This document shows positions 9,777 through 20,170 of a stretch of 64,000 bases of DNA, piece by piece. The DNA is from Candidatus Omnitrophota bacterium (GTDB lineage: Bacteria > Ratteibacteria > UBA8468 > MWAK01), in assembly GCA_043797665.1 (NCBI GenBank), contig JAZDPL010000058.1, positions 5,198 to 69,197 on the forward strand, given 5' to 3'. The position numbers and the translations under genes are program-made. The notes beneath the pieces are model-generated. The model was not told the origin of the DNA, ran no database searches, and saw nothing but the letters and a program-made list of their open reading frames with translations. Position 1 is the first letter of the stretch. Each line of letters opens with the position of its first letter.

Positions 9777-11318
9777 ATGGCACAAAGACGAACCATCCTG
9801 GGTCTGGACATCGGAACAACTGCCATCAAAGCGGTTACTCTGGATACCGGCGCCGGAAAAGGAATATTAAGAAAAGTAGAAATAGTTGCCCTCCCCCCGC
9901 AAAAAGATGATGTCCTGATTGTAAATACAATCAAAAAGATTTTAGCCGAATTTAAAGCCAGGGAATTTGCTATTTCCCTGGCCGGCCGTCCCGCCCTGAT
10001 CCGATGCGTTGCCATTCCTGCAGTTGCGGCCGCAAAGGTAGAAGCCACGCTAAAAATTGAGGTCCAACACCGTATCCCCTTCCCTCTGGAACAGGTGGTC
10101 TGGTCCTTTCGCCGACTGCCTGAAATAACTGGAACGCTCGATTTCATTATCGGCGCGGTAAAAAAAGACATCGTCAGAAAAACGATGTCCCTCTTTGCAA
10201 AATTCAACGAACAGATTCCCTTTTTAGACGCTGACCCCATTGTTTTAATTAACCTTGCCTCCGGTGCCCCGGATTTCGACCGTACCAAAACCTACGCCAT
10301 TTTAGACTTAGGTGCGGACAGCAGCAACCTGATAATCTTTCAAGGGAATCTAGTCTTACACCGCGCCCTCACCATTACCGGCACCACCTTTACGGAAAAT
10401 CTAAAAGAAGAAAGAAACAGCGAATCTGCCGAGGCCGAAAGAGAAAAAACATCCCTGACTGAGGAATCAGAATTACCCACCAGCATTACCCAGACCGTCG
10501 ATAACCTGCTCTCCGAAATCCAGGCTTCGGTTGACTATTGGCGTTTTACGCAAAAGGGCCCGGAATTAAACTACTTTCTGCTTACCGGTGGCAGTGCTTC
10601 GTTACCGGGTTTAGCCAAAAGTTTGGAAGGTCGTCTCAGAACTCCTACCCGGCTGCTCGACCCCTTTGCCAATATAAACCTGGAAGAAAGTATCGAAATC
10701 AAACCGGAAATACGGAACCGTCTGGCGGTTGCAGTAGGGCTCGCCCTTAGGGCCCAAAATATTCTGCCTTGTCATTATGCCTTAGACTTTTTACCACCGG
10801 AATATATCCGGCTGAAAAAGACGCGCCGCAACCGTTTTTTTGTCCATTTTTCGCTTGTTTTGGCACTCTTCCTTTCCTTCTCGCCCAGTTTCTTTTTCTA
10901 TCAGGAAAGTAAAATAAAAGGGTCAGTCATTCAACAATTAAACTCCGATTTGAACGAATATGAACAGTATCTACCGGCTATCCAGGATATGGAAAGAGAA
11001 ATCAGTGAATTGCAGGAAAGATATAAAAATCTCGCTGGTATCTTAAACCGGCGGTATCTATGGCTATCCCGTTTGATTACCTTAGGACGGATATTACCCA
11101 GTTCCGGAATTTATCTTACCAAATTCACCCCGCAGGAGAATACTTTAATCCTGGACGGAATCGCAAAATCGTCCAATCTGGGATTGGCGTTCAGAGACGT
11201 CCGTCAATTTATCCTCAATCTTAATTCTCTTCCCTCTTTCCAGAATGCCGCCGTAGTTTCGTTAGAAAGAGATGCCACCGGGCAGTTGACGTTCCAAATC
11301 AGGGTGGGGGTGAAATAG
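9777..11318 (+). CDS. pilM: Type IV pilus assembly PilM-PilN fusion-like protein
   Basis: GLDIGTTAIKAV, LDLGADSS, LTGGSASLPGL, AVAVGLALR (PilM), then a TM helix, coiled coil and PilN-like ferredoxin-fold region. Confidence 0.8.
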   Translation: MAQRRTILGLDIGTTAIKAVTLDTGAGKGILRKVEIVALPPQKDDVLIVNTIKKILAEFKAREFAISLAGRPALIRCVAIPAVAAAKVEATLKIEVQHRIPFPLEQVVWSFRRLPEITGTLDFIIGAVKKDIVRKTMSLFAKFNEQIPFLDADPIVLINLASGAPDFDRTKTYAILDLGADSSNLIIFQGNLVLHRALTITGTTFTENLKEERNSESAEAEREKTSLTEESELPTSITQTVDNLLSEIQASVDYWRFTQKGPELNYFLLTGGSASLPGLAKSLEGRLRTPTRLLDPFANINLEESIEIKPEIRNRLAVAVGLALRAQNILPCHYALDFLPPEYIRLKKTRRNRFFVHFSLVLALFLSFSPSFFFYQESKIKGSVIQQLNSDLNEYEQYLPAIQDMEREISELQERYKNLAGILNRRYLWLSRLITLGRILPSSGIYLTKFTPQENTLILDGIAKSSNLGLAFRDVRQFILNLNSLPSFQNAAVVSLERDATGQLTFQIRVGVK

Positions 11319-12151
11319 TGGGATTATTAAAAAAGTACAGCGCGTTCTTTATGTGTTTTATCGCCTTACTTCTTGTGGGCAGCGGTGTTTATCTTGATAA
11401 AACTCTAATCAAACAAACCGAAGCTTTAACCAACGAAATAAATACCAAACGGGATAAACTGCAAAAGTATTATTCCGACGTTCAAAACGCACCCTCCCCC
11501 TATCGGGTCAGCCGGCTGACCCGGGAAAAGTTAACTTTAGAAGGCAACTACGAAACCCTTGCCAGCCGGTACGCCGGACTCTCGATTCTTACCCTCCCTG
11601 CAGACGAAATCTTCCCGCCGCTCTACTATAAAGAAACGATGTACCTGCTTCTGGACGACCTCCGGAGCGAAGCGGTGAGGGCAAATGTGAGCATACCCTC
11701 TTCCCTGGGAATCACGGAAACCGGACTCCCGTCCGCCGAAGAAGTTCCAACCCTGTTTATAATGCTGGATACGGTAAAACGACTCTGCGAGGAGGTCTTC
11801 CGGAGTAAATTATCAACCCTCAGTTCCATCCAGATCGGAAAGCCGGTTACCAACCCGCTTTATATTGAAATCCCCCTGACAATTTCTATAAGCGATACCA
11901 GCAGCCGGGTAGCATATTTCTACCAGAACTTAGGTTCTTCACAATCTATATTTGTTCTGGAACATATAACCATGACCCGGAGCGGTGATAAGGTGGATGC
12001 TTCCTTGAACCTCAAGCGGCTCATCTGGAGCAAGGAACTGTCCGAAAAAACAAAGATAATCGTAGCTCCGACTCAGAGTGCTCCTCAACAGGCTATGCCT
12101 GGTGGAGGTCCTCCCGGTATGCCTGGAGGACCTCCCGGACCACCACGTTAA
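11318..12151 (+). CDS. PilO-like inner-membrane platform protein with Pro/Gly/Met tail
   Basis: N-terminal TM, coiled coil, YIEIPLTISI PilO-like segment; position after PilM/N. Confidence 0.6.
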   Translation: MGLLKKYSAFFMCFIALLLVGSGVYLDKTLIKQTEALTNEINTKRDKLQKYYSDVQNAPSPYRVSRLTREKLTLEGNYETLASRYAGLSILTLPADEIFPPLYYKETMYLLLDDLRSEAVRANVSIPSSLGITETGLPSAEEVPTLFIMLDTVKRLCEEVFRSKLSTLSSIQIGKPVTNPLYIEIPLTISISDTSSRVAYFYQNLGSSQSIFVLEHITMTRSGDKVDASLNLKRLIWSKELSEKTKIIVAPTQSAPQQAMPGGGPPGMPGGPPGPPR

Positions 12152-12153
12152 TT

Positions 12154-13377
12154 ATGGTACGTGCAGAAAAAAGAGCAAAAATCAAGGCACTCTTAGCCCA
12201 AACCCGACGTAAAAAAACATCGCCGGCAAAACGAAAAGAAGCTGTTCGGGTTGAGCCGGCGGCTCCCGCAAAAGCGCCTGAAATAATCCGCCGCAAAGGA
12301 TTAGTCTGGACCTTCCGCCGAAAAAAAGCCGGCCCGCCGGTAACGCTACCCCAACCACCCCCACCACCAGACCTTGAGGTAAAACTACCCGAACCGCCGG
12401 CAGTGGAAGAAAAGCCGCCGGTTACAGACGAACTGACGCCCTCGTTACCCACCGAGTCCCGGGCGGTTACTGCGGTTACCCCGGCGGCAAAACAACCCAC
12501 TGCCCGCACAAAAATTCCGCTTCAGATAAAACCGGTTTCCTTCCTGAAAGAAAATTCTATCCGTATCCTGGTGATACTCCTTGTGGCAGGATGGGTGGGG
12601 GAACTTTATCTGCTTTACAATCGTCTGGACACAGTGCGCAAGCAGGTAGAAGAAGTCTCTTCCCTCACAAAACCTCATCCGCCGGAAAAGACAGCGGGTG
12701 GACCAACACCGACCGCCCTTTTGCCGGAAATGATTGAAATTGAAGGGATAAGGGACCCTTTCTCCAACGAATTGTGGCGCTTACGGGAAATCACACCGTT
12801 AACCCCGGAACAATTAGCGGTCAAAAAACCGGTTGTTCCTCCGGCACCAGAGCCGATTAAACCCATTCTCAAGCCGCCAAAACCGCAGGGATTCGAACCA
12901 CCCAAAGTACCAAAAGCAATTCCGGAAAGTGCCAAATTAGCAAAGATTCCTTCAATTACCCTTCCTTCTCCGGTAAACGTAACTCCACCGGCTACACCCG
13001 CGCTCAATCTGAATTTCCGCGGGATTCTTAACATCGCCGGTCTGGACTACTTCTTCATTGAAGGAAGCGGCGGCGGTTATCGTGCCCGGATCGGCGATAC
13101 GGTGGAGGGCTTCAAAATTTATGATTACCGTAACGGCACCCTTTCCCTTTCCAAAGATGGTTATACCTACCAGATCAACGAAGAAAGGGTCAGCCCACCC
13201 TTACGTTATCGCGGCAGACTGATTATGGCCGGAGAAGAATACTTCTTCTTACAGGGCACACGGACCTACCGGGCAATACTCGGCGAAGAAATAGAGGGTT
13301 ACCGCCTGGTCAAAAGAATCGGCGATTATCTCTACTTTATCAAGGACGATAAACTCTATTACTTAAAACAAGAATAA
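12154..13377 (+). CDS. Pro-rich membrane protein, PilP-like position
   Basis: Basic/Pro-rich N-terminus, central TM, RDPF motif, two tandem C-terminal beta-repeats (LNFRGIL..YFFIEG..IGDTVEGF / LRYRGRL..YFFLQG..LGEEIEGY). Confidence 0.55.
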   Translation: MVRAEKRAKIKALLAQTRRKKTSPAKRKEAVRVEPAAPAKAPEIIRRKGLVWTFRRKKAGPPVTLPQPPPPPDLEVKLPEPPAVEEKPPVTDELTPSLPTESRAVTAVTPAAKQPTARTKIPLQIKPVSFLKENSIRILVILLVAGWVGELYLLYNRLDTVRKQVEEVSSLTKPHPPEKTAGGPTPTALLPEMIEIEGIRDPFSNELWRLREITPLTPEQLAVKKPVVPPAPEPIKPILKPPKPQGFEPPKVPKAIPESAKLAKIPSITLPSPVNVTPPATPALNLNFRGILNIAGLDYFFIEGSGGGYRARIGDTVEGFKIYDYRNGTLSLSKDGYTYQINEERVSPPLRYRGRLIMAGEEYFFLQGTRTYRAILGEEIEGYRLVKRIGDYLYFIKDDKLYYLKQE

Positions 13378-13385
13378 TCCAAACT

Positions 13386-13491
13386 GTAGGGCGGGTCCCC
13401 TTACCATAGGATTGGTAAGGGCTCAATTCATTGAGCCCGCGGGTCGGATAAACATGTTCCTGCGGATAGTAAGCAGGAATCCGACCTCTAC
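13386..13491. repeat. Composite repeat: GTAG REP doublet with two nested elements
   Basis: GTAGGG...GGGCTCAATTCATTGAGCCC GCGGGTCGGATAA...ATCCGACCTCTAC interrupted by a 24-bp hairpin (13398-13421) and a TTCCTGC..GCAGGAATCC hairpin (about 13453-13482). Confidence 0.8.
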
Positions 13492-13564
13492 ATTTGGGGA
13501 CTTGTTGACTTGACTTTTGGACAAAGCAGCGTTTACAATAGGTAATAGGGATTAACAAAAATAT

Positions 13565-15451
13565 ATGTTGGGAATGAAATCAAAATTATTGCTATTTTTG
13601 GGATTAGTGACCCTTCTATCCTTACCGGTATCGGAAGCCGGGGAAGAAGCGGATGCTTTAAAAGCGACGGAAAAAGCCGCGCCGGTCTATCAAGAAGCCC
13701 AGTCGGCTTACTGGGCCGGCAACTACGCGTCTGCCAGTTCCCTCTTTTCCCGGGTATCCGCGATTGACCCTAACTATAATTCACTGAATGTTGCCCTCTA
13801 TCAGAACCTTGCCAGTTACCATCTGCGGGGCGAAAAGTCCGGGGTAATTAAAACCTACGTGGAGCCCAAACGGGAACAGATTTTAAAACGTGACATCTTA
13901 ATCAATGACGAAGAAGAATGGCTTCATTTGGTGGGGGAGACCGAAGCGGTCTTACAGGAAACCAGTACCTACCTTGCTAAAGTAAGCGCCTCAGAAAAAG
14001 TCTCCGGAGAGCAACTCATCGATTCCTGGTATTACCTCAAACAGGCAAGGTTAGCGTTTGAACGCAAAGAGTATCTGGATACTATTAATTACAGCCACAT
14101 CGCCAGGGAAAAAGCCGAATTCGTCTTTGAAAAGGTACTGGAACCGGGAAAGACAATCCTGGGAAAGGTCGGCGATACCATGGTCACCCTTAATGTGACC
14201 GACCTGGAACTAAAAGAAGCCCTGAAACAGATTTACGACTTAACCGGTGTAAATATCGTCCTCTCGGCCGGAATCTCCGGGACGGTGACGATGAACGTTA
14301 CCAACCTACCTTTGCGCCAGATTCTGAACCTCATCGTGGATACCAACGGATTGAAATATACGGAAAAGGATAACGTCATTACGATTCTGACTCCGGAAGA
14401 ATACGAAAAGACCGCAGAGGGTGTAGCCCTGCGCGGCAAAAAAGTCTATCCGCTCCAGTACACTGAAGCCCAGGGGATAGCCAAGGCGATTCGGGACACC
14501 ATGGGAATAGAAGCGATTACTGCGGACGTGCGGAGCAATGCCATCATTATCGATGCCACCAGTGCCCAGCAAGCCCAGGACGTGGCACAATTAATCAAAG
14601 AATTAGACATGCCGGTCAACCAGGTGCTGATTGAAGCGGAATTGATTGAGGTAACCTACCAAAAAGACAAAAGTTTAGGTATCAACTTTTTAATTCAAAG
14701 CCGGATGATGGACGACGTCAGAATCACCGGACCAACATTCAGCAGCGCAGACAGTTTAGACACTTTAGCCACCGGAACCGATTTATTATACTTCGGTCTG
14801 ACCCACCAGGATTTCCAGGCTATTGTTAGTGCCCTCTCAACAGAAGGGACCATCCACCGGCTTCAAAGCCCCCGGATAATGGCGATTTCCGGAAGTTCCT
14901 CGGTAATTTCTACCAAAGATACTTATCCTACAATCGCGGCAACTCTAACCGCAGCGACGACAACAACCCCCGAACGCGTCACCTATACTGTTACAGAGAC
15001 AGATGTAGAAACCACTTTTGAAATCACGCCCTTGATTCACAATAACCGAACTATTTCGCTCAATTTGGGTCTGGTGGTGGAAAGGGTAAGAGAGGTAATC
15101 AGTCTCCCAACCTTTATCGCCGGAATAACCCAGGATTACCCCCTGGTGACCACCCGGGAAGCATCCCAGAATGTTATCCTCTGGGATGGTCAAACTTTGG
15201 TGGTCGGTGGTATTGTCACCACGGATACTATCAAGAACGAGGTCAGGGTCCCATTCCTCGGTAACATCCCCATCCTGGGCAACCTTTTCAAAAGAACCAC
15301 CCTCTCAACTGAAGATTCGGAATTGATCCTCTTCTTAACCCCCCACATCGTCAAAAGTTACGAAGAAGGCAGAACCCTTACCCGGGAGGCACAAGCATCC
15401 GAGGCGAAAAAAGAACCGAAGAAGAGTATCGTAGACCACCCCGGGTTCTAA
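13565..15451 (+). CDS. Secretin (PilQ/GspD family) with N-terminal helical/TPR-like extension
   Basis: Signal peptide, STN-like region, QVLIEAELIEV, VPFLGNIPILGNLF, ELILFLTPHIV. Confidence 0.9.
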   Translation: MLGMKSKLLLFLGLVTLLSLPVSEAGEEADALKATEKAAPVYQEAQSAYWAGNYASASSLFSRVSAIDPNYNSLNVALYQNLASYHLRGEKSGVIKTYVEPKREQILKRDILINDEEEWLHLVGETEAVLQETSTYLAKVSASEKVSGEQLIDSWYYLKQARLAFERKEYLDTINYSHIAREKAEFVFEKVLEPGKTILGKVGDTMVTLNVTDLELKEALKQIYDLTGVNIVLSAGISGTVTMNVTNLPLRQILNLIVDTNGLKYTEKDNVITILTPEEYEKTAEGVALRGKKVYPLQYTEAQGIAKAIRDTMGIEAITADVRSNAIIIDATSAQQAQDVAQLIKELDMPVNQVLIEAELIEVTYQKDKSLGINFLIQSRMMDDVRITGPTFSSADSLDTLATGTDLLYFGLTHQDFQAIVSALSTEGTIHRLQSPRIMAISGSSSVISTKDTYPTIAATLTAATTTTPERVTYTVTETDVETTFEITPLIHNNRTISLNLGLVVERVREVISLPTFIAGITQDYPLVTTREASQNVILWDGQTLVVGGIVTTDTIKNEVRVPFLGNIPILGNLFKRTTLSTEDSELILFLTPHIVKSYEEGRTLTREAQASEAKKEPKKSIVDHPGF

Positions 15452-15465
15452 TACCAATTAAAACT

Positions 15466-15515
15466 GTAGGGGCTTGATTTATCAAGCCCGCGGGTCGGAT
15501 AAATCCGACCCCTAC
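15466..15515. repeat. GTAG-family REP doublet (50 bp)
   Basis: GTAGGGGCTTGATTTATCAAGCCC-GC-GGGTCGGATAAATCCGACCCCTAC. Confidence 0.9.
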
Positions 15516-15541
15516 ATTAAATTAAACTATACGAGGATACA

Positions 15542-16105
15542 ATGATGAAGAAATACTTAACGCTCTTTATGGTACTTTCCATCTTTATACCGGGCTCTTT
15601 ATGGGCACAAACGAAAGCGGCCAAAGCGACTAAACCGGACAAGGAACAGTTGCAGGCATTGTTAAGACCAAAGATAGAAGGCATGATTGTAAAACACCCC
15701 AGTATGGATGTGCGCATCTGGTCTATGGCGCTTTTGCAGAATTTAAATAAAGTTGACGATTTTGAACTGGTGATGCTGCCGGTCCTGATTGAGCAGCTGT
15801 CCAGTAAGGATGAAACCAGCCGGCTGGTTGCAATGCAGGTGCTCAGAGACGTTATTGACCTGGATAAAGAACAATGGGAAAGTATTATGGCTCCGGTTAT
15901 GGTCAATTTAACCAAAACGTCTAAATCCCCTGAAATTAAGACCTGCGCCATTACATGTCTTAAATTACTCGGTCAGTTGGACGAAAAGGATATGAAAATC
16001 TTACCCCTTCTGTTTGATTTGGCACAGAGCAATGACGCACAAGTACGGAAAACCGCTTTGGGGAGCATCAATGACATCCTGGCTAAAAAGAGTGGCGGCA
16101 CGTAA
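15542..16105 (+). CDS. Exported HEAT-repeat-like protein
   Basis: Signal peptide; repeats such as LSSKDETSRLVAMQVL and QSNDAQVRKTALGSI. Confidence 0.65.
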   Translation: MMKKYLTLFMVLSIFIPGSLWAQTKAAKATKPDKEQLQALLRPKIEGMIVKHPSMDVRIWSMALLQNLNKVDDFELVMLPVLIEQLSSKDETSRLVAMQVLRDVIDLDKEQWESIMAPVMVNLTKTSKSPEIKTCAITCLKLLGQLDEKDMKILPLLFDLAQSNDAQVRKTALGSINDILAKKSGGT

Positions 16106-16871
16106 AAGCTTGATATTCTGGCAAAGTTTCATCATTCTGGCGGGAAATTACTCCTCCATCTACCAGCGTGACCTTTTTCAATTGACACCACCGCCACCGG
16201 CAATCGAGGTCAAGACGATCGTCAGGGAACCGCTCCTGACGGAAATCCTTACCTTAAAAGGAACCGTTATCCTGGAAGGCTCGTTGCCGCTGGCGATAAT
16301 TGAAGACCGCCGCTCAAAAACAGAAACCATCTACCCGGAAGGAGGGACTGTTGCGGGAGCCAAGGTTGTAAAAGTGGAACAATACCGGATTACCCTTTTA
16401 GACAAGGAAGGCAAAGAAGTCAATCTTTTTCTTTCTTCCGTCAATGAACCTTCGTCTTCAATATCAATTACCGGCAAGCCGGCCATAGAAATCAGCGGTG
16501 CACCTTCCGGACCGGAACAGTCTAAACCTGCGGAAGAAACAAAAGTCCCGGAAATCCTGTCGGTAAGTCTGACTGCCGCCAGACAATCAGTAAACCAGAA
16601 CTATGAGGAGATTAAAAAACTTAGAATAGCACCGGTGGTCACGGAAGGAAAGGTTACCGGCTACCGGGTCAAGAACATTGAACCGAATTCTCTGGCGAGC
16701 CGGTACGGTTTTCAGAATGGAGATGTGGTCACCAAAGTAAACGGCTCCCCATTAGAGAGTCTCTCCCGTCTGAGTAATATATACCGCTCCATGGAACCGG
16801 GCAAACCGGTTTCCGTGGAAGTCGTACGTGCCGGTCAACCAATTACCCTGCTCTTCCAGGTACTCCCGTAA
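16092..16871 (+). CDS. gspC: GspC-like protein with C-terminal PDZ domain
   Basis: LTLKGTV..AIIED HR domain; GYRVKNIEPNSLASRYGFQNGDVVTKVNG PDZ; GTG start at 16092 assumed. Confidence 0.8.
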   Translation: MAARKSLIFWQSFIILAGNYSSIYQRDLFQLTPPPPAIEVKTIVREPLLTEILTLKGTVILEGSLPLAIIEDRRSKTETIYPEGGTVAGAKVVKVEQYRITLLDKEGKEVNLFLSSVNEPSSSISITGKPAIEISGAPSGPEQSKPAEETKVPEILSVSLTAARQSVNQNYEEIKKLRIAPVVTEGKVTGYRVKNIEPNSLASRYGFQNGDVVTKVNGSPLESLSRLSNIYRSMEPGKPVSVEVVRAGQPITLLFQVLP

Positions 16872-16888
16872 ATAATTCAAAAATCAAA

Positions 16889-18538
16889 ATGCAAAAATCG
16901 AAATTTTATAGGATGAAACGACGTTGCCTGATTATTATCTTATCAATCCTTTTTTCGGTATCCGGGTATCTTTGTGCGGAACAGACCTTTTCCATTGATT
17001 TCAATAACGTAACTCTGTCAAATTTCATCCAGGCGATGAGTCGTCTGCTGAACCAGAACTTCGCCCTGGCGCCCGGCGTCTCCGGAAACGTCACCATCTA
17101 TTCTGCCAGGCCCATTCCGGTCAAAGAAGCGGAGTCCGTCTTTTATACCGTGTTACACCTCTACGGTTTTACCGCTATTCCGGATAACAGAGCTAACCTT
17201 ATTAGAATCGTTCCTCTGGCAGAGGCAAAGGTCGGAAATATTGAAGTCGGTGCGGGCAAGGACCCGGAAAAGTTGACTGCCTTAGGAGAAAAATTTCTCA
17301 CCCAGATTGTCCCGTTGACCTACAGCAAGCCGGAAGCACTCCTGCCTCTGATTAACCCTTTTCTCTCCAAAAACGGTAATCTAAGTTCGGACAGTAAAAC
17401 CAATACCCTTCTCATTACGGATGTTGCCAGTAATATCAGAAAGATTCTTCTGGTCATCAACGAATTAGACAAACCAGCCCCGCCGGGACAGGAAACGCTC
17501 CGGATTTACCAGTTACTTAACGCCAACGCCCAGGAAGTGGCCCAGGTTTTAACCGCGGTAGCGGCCCAAAAGAGTAAGCCGGCCAAAGCAGGTGAAGTGT
17601 CCGTTCCCATCTCCGTTGTGGCGGCTCCCGCTACCAACAGTCTTTTAATTACCGCCGGTCCGGAAGATTACGCTTCCCTGGAAAATGTAATCCGGGAATT
17701 GGACCGGATGCCCGATCAGGTCTTGATTGAAGCCCTGGTTGCAGAAGTAAGCGGGGATTTAATAAGGGAATTCGGAGTGCAATGGCAGTACTTTGAACCG
17801 GAAGAAGGGAACTATAAAGGATTAGGGGCGGTCGGCGGAACGGTTGATGCCACCCTTATGAGTGAGATAGAGAGCGGGATTCCACCCGCCGGGCTCCTGG
17901 TCGGCGTAGCCAAAGGCAGTTCTTTTGATGTCGGAGCCATCCTTCGCCTCTACGGTAAAAACAGTAACTTCAAAATTCTTTCGACCCCCCAGATTGTTAC
18001 CACCGACAACAAAGAAGCAATAATCAAGGTGGCGGAAACCATCCCTTATTCCAAACAAATCACTTATTCTACCGATTCCTCGACAATTCCCACCCAGAGT
18101 TTTGACTACCAGGACGTGGGAATCACCCTCAAAATTACACCCCATATCAGCGAGGACCGGAACGTCCGCTTGGATATTGAACAGGAAGTAACCAAACTGG
18201 TCTCTTACTTATCGACTTCATCCAGCAGTGCCACCGTTCTGGCGCCCACCATCGCCAAGAGAAGCGCCAAAAGCAGCGTCATTATCGCCGACCGGGCAAC
18301 CTTAGCCTTAGGCGGGCTGATTCGTAATGACAGCGACGAAACAATAGAAAAGGTACCCGGTTTAGGTGATATTCCCATTCTGGGATACCTGTTCCGGCAC
18401 AAAACAAAAACCCTCACCCAGACCAGCCTCTATATCTTCATAACGCCTACCGTCATCACCACCAAAGAAGAAGCCGCCACACTTACGGAAGAAAAGAAAT
18501 CTCTTCTGAAGCAAACAAAACCACTCTCGGAAAAATGA
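16889..18538 (+). CDS. gspD: Type II secretion secretin GspD
   Basis: N0/N domains, QVLIEALVAEV, LSTPQIVTTDN, KVPGLGDIPILGYLF. Confidence 0.92.
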   Translation: MQKSKFYRMKRRCLIIILSILFSVSGYLCAEQTFSIDFNNVTLSNFIQAMSRLLNQNFALAPGVSGNVTIYSARPIPVKEAESVFYTVLHLYGFTAIPDNRANLIRIVPLAEAKVGNIEVGAGKDPEKLTALGEKFLTQIVPLTYSKPEALLPLINPFLSKNGNLSSDSKTNTLLITDVASNIRKILLVINELDKPAPPGQETLRIYQLLNANAQEVAQVLTAVAAQKSKPAKAGEVSVPISVVAAPATNSLLITAGPEDYASLENVIRELDRMPDQVLIEALVAEVSGDLIREFGVQWQYFEPEEGNYKGLGAVGGTVDATLMSEIESGIPPAGLLVGVAKGSSFDVGAILRLYGKNSNFKILSTPQIVTTDNKEAIIKVAETIPYSKQITYSTDSSTIPTQSFDYQDVGITLKITPHISEDRNVRLDIEQEVTKLVSYLSTSSSSATVLAPTIAKRSAKSSVIIADRATLALGGLIRNDSDETIEKVPGLGDIPILGYLFRHKTKTLTQTSLYIFITPTVITTKEEAATLTEEKKSLLKQTKPLSEK

Positions 18539-20154
18539 AAATTGGTGAAATTCTGGTCGGTCGCGGGTACTTTACCCAGGCCGACCTGGACAAAGGTCTT
18601 CACCTCCAGGAAGAACGACCCCAGATGCATATCGGGGAAATTCTGCGTGAGATGGGCGTGGTTGAAGAGGAAGCGCTTCTCGCCGGACTTTCGGAACAGT
18701 TGAGTATCCCTTTTCAAAAGGACTTAGCCTTATATTTTACCCAGGAGATTGGAGCCTTAATCCCTTTTGAACTATGGCATGGATGGACCGCAATACCCAT
18801 CAAAAAAGAGGGGAAAATCTTTATTGTCTCTACCGACCCTTTGGCTTTACCCCGAATGGAGATAGAAAAAAAGATGCAGTTTCCGGTAGACCTGGCTTTT
18901 GGCCTTTCCGAGGAAATCATCAACGTTTTAACTCAGGGCTACTGGCGACCGGCCCAAGAGAAACGTGAATATGAAGAACCTTCGGTCCTTTCCGAAATGC
19001 CGGTCATTGAAACCGAAGCAACCGGTGAAAACCTTCTTGATTTGGCTAACAAGGCACCGGTCATCCGGCTGCTCAACCAGATTATATTCCAGGCTCTCCA
19101 GCAAGGCGCCAGTGACATTCACCTCCAGCCCCAGAAGAATGAATTCCGCGTCCGTTACCGGATTGACGGAATTTTACACGATGTCTTCACCCTCTCGTCC
19201 ACGATACACCCGGCGTTAATATCCCGGGTTAAGATTCTTTCCAAACTCAATATCGCGGAACGCCGACTCCCTCAGGACGGTCGTACCACCGTCTCTTCAA
19301 AAGACCACCCTATTGACATCCGGGTGTCTATTCTACCCACCACCTGTGGCGAAGCTGCGGTTCTGCGCCTCCTTGACCCTTCCTCATTTCTCTTCTCTCT
19401 GGCAACCCTTGGTCTTTATCCGGACGAACTGGAACAACTGGAACAACTTATTTCTTCTGACCACGGTATCATTCTCCTCACCGGGCCTACCGGCAGCGGC
19501 AAAACAACTACTCTTTACGCTTCTCTGCAAAAGATCAACCAACCTTCCCGGAATATGATAACTCTGGAAGACCCGATTGAGTATCAACTTCCCGGCTTGA
19601 GTCAAATTCAGGTAAACCCTGCTATCGGCTTATCGTTTGCGGCGGGTTTGCGTTCCATCCTGCGTCATGACCCGGATATTCTGATGATTGGCGAAATCCG
19701 GGACAAAGAGACAGCCGATATGGCAATTCAAGCAAGTCTCACCGGACATCTGGTCTTCTCCACCCTCCATACGAACGACGCGGCCAGTGCGCTGACCCGG
19801 CTCCTGGAAATGGGTATTGAGCCCTATCTTATCTCCTCGGCACTCCTGGCGGTAATCGCCCAACGCTTAGTTCGGCTCCTTTGCCCCCGGTGTAAGGAAA
19901 ATACCTCAACAGAATCCCAACGTTCCCGCGGATGTGAATACTGCTTTCATACCGGTTACCGGGGTCGTACCGGAATCTTCGAGTTCTTAGCCATTGACGA
20001 CGAAATCCGCCAGATGATTATGCAGAAAAAACCCTCCCAGGAAATAAAAGATTACGCTTTAAAGAAAGGGATGCGCACCCTGCGTACTTCCGGGGAAATT
20101 AAGAACAAGGAAGGTCTGACCACGCTGGAAGAAGTCCTGCGTGTCACCACCTAA
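18535..20154 (+). CDS. gspE: Type II secretion/pilus ATPase GspE/PilB
   Basis: Walker A GPTGSGKT, TLEDPIEY, LRHDPDILMIGEIRD, CxxC...CxxC. Confidence 0.93.
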   Translation: MKIGEILVGRGYFTQADLDKGLHLQEERPQMHIGEILREMGVVEEEALLAGLSEQLSIPFQKDLALYFTQEIGALIPFELWHGWTAIPIKKEGKIFIVSTDPLALPRMEIEKKMQFPVDLAFGLSEEIINVLTQGYWRPAQEKREYEEPSVLSEMPVIETEATGENLLDLANKAPVIRLLNQIIFQALQQGASDIHLQPQKNEFRVRYRIDGILHDVFTLSSTIHPALISRVKILSKLNIAERRLPQDGRTTVSSKDHPIDIRVSILPTTCGEAAVLRLLDPSSFLFSLATLGLYPDELEQLEQLISSDHGIILLTGPTGSGKTTTLYASLQKINQPSRNMITLEDPIEYQLPGLSQIQVNPAIGLSFAAGLRSILRHDPDILMIGEIRDKETADMAIQASLTGHLVFSTLHTNDAASALTRLLEMGIEPYLISSALLAVIAQRLVRLLCPRCKENTSTESQRSRGCEYCFHTGYRGRTGIFEFLAIDDEIRQMIMQKKPSQEIKDYALKKGMRTLRTSGEIKNKEGLTTLEEVLRVTT

Positions 20155-20170
20155 GGGGTTGCTCAATAAT

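Noticed and set aside
9677-10288. 203-aa minus-strand ORF and 76-aa plus-strand ORF over tRNA-fMet/pilM
   Set aside because: Shadows of the tRNA and pilM; no motifs
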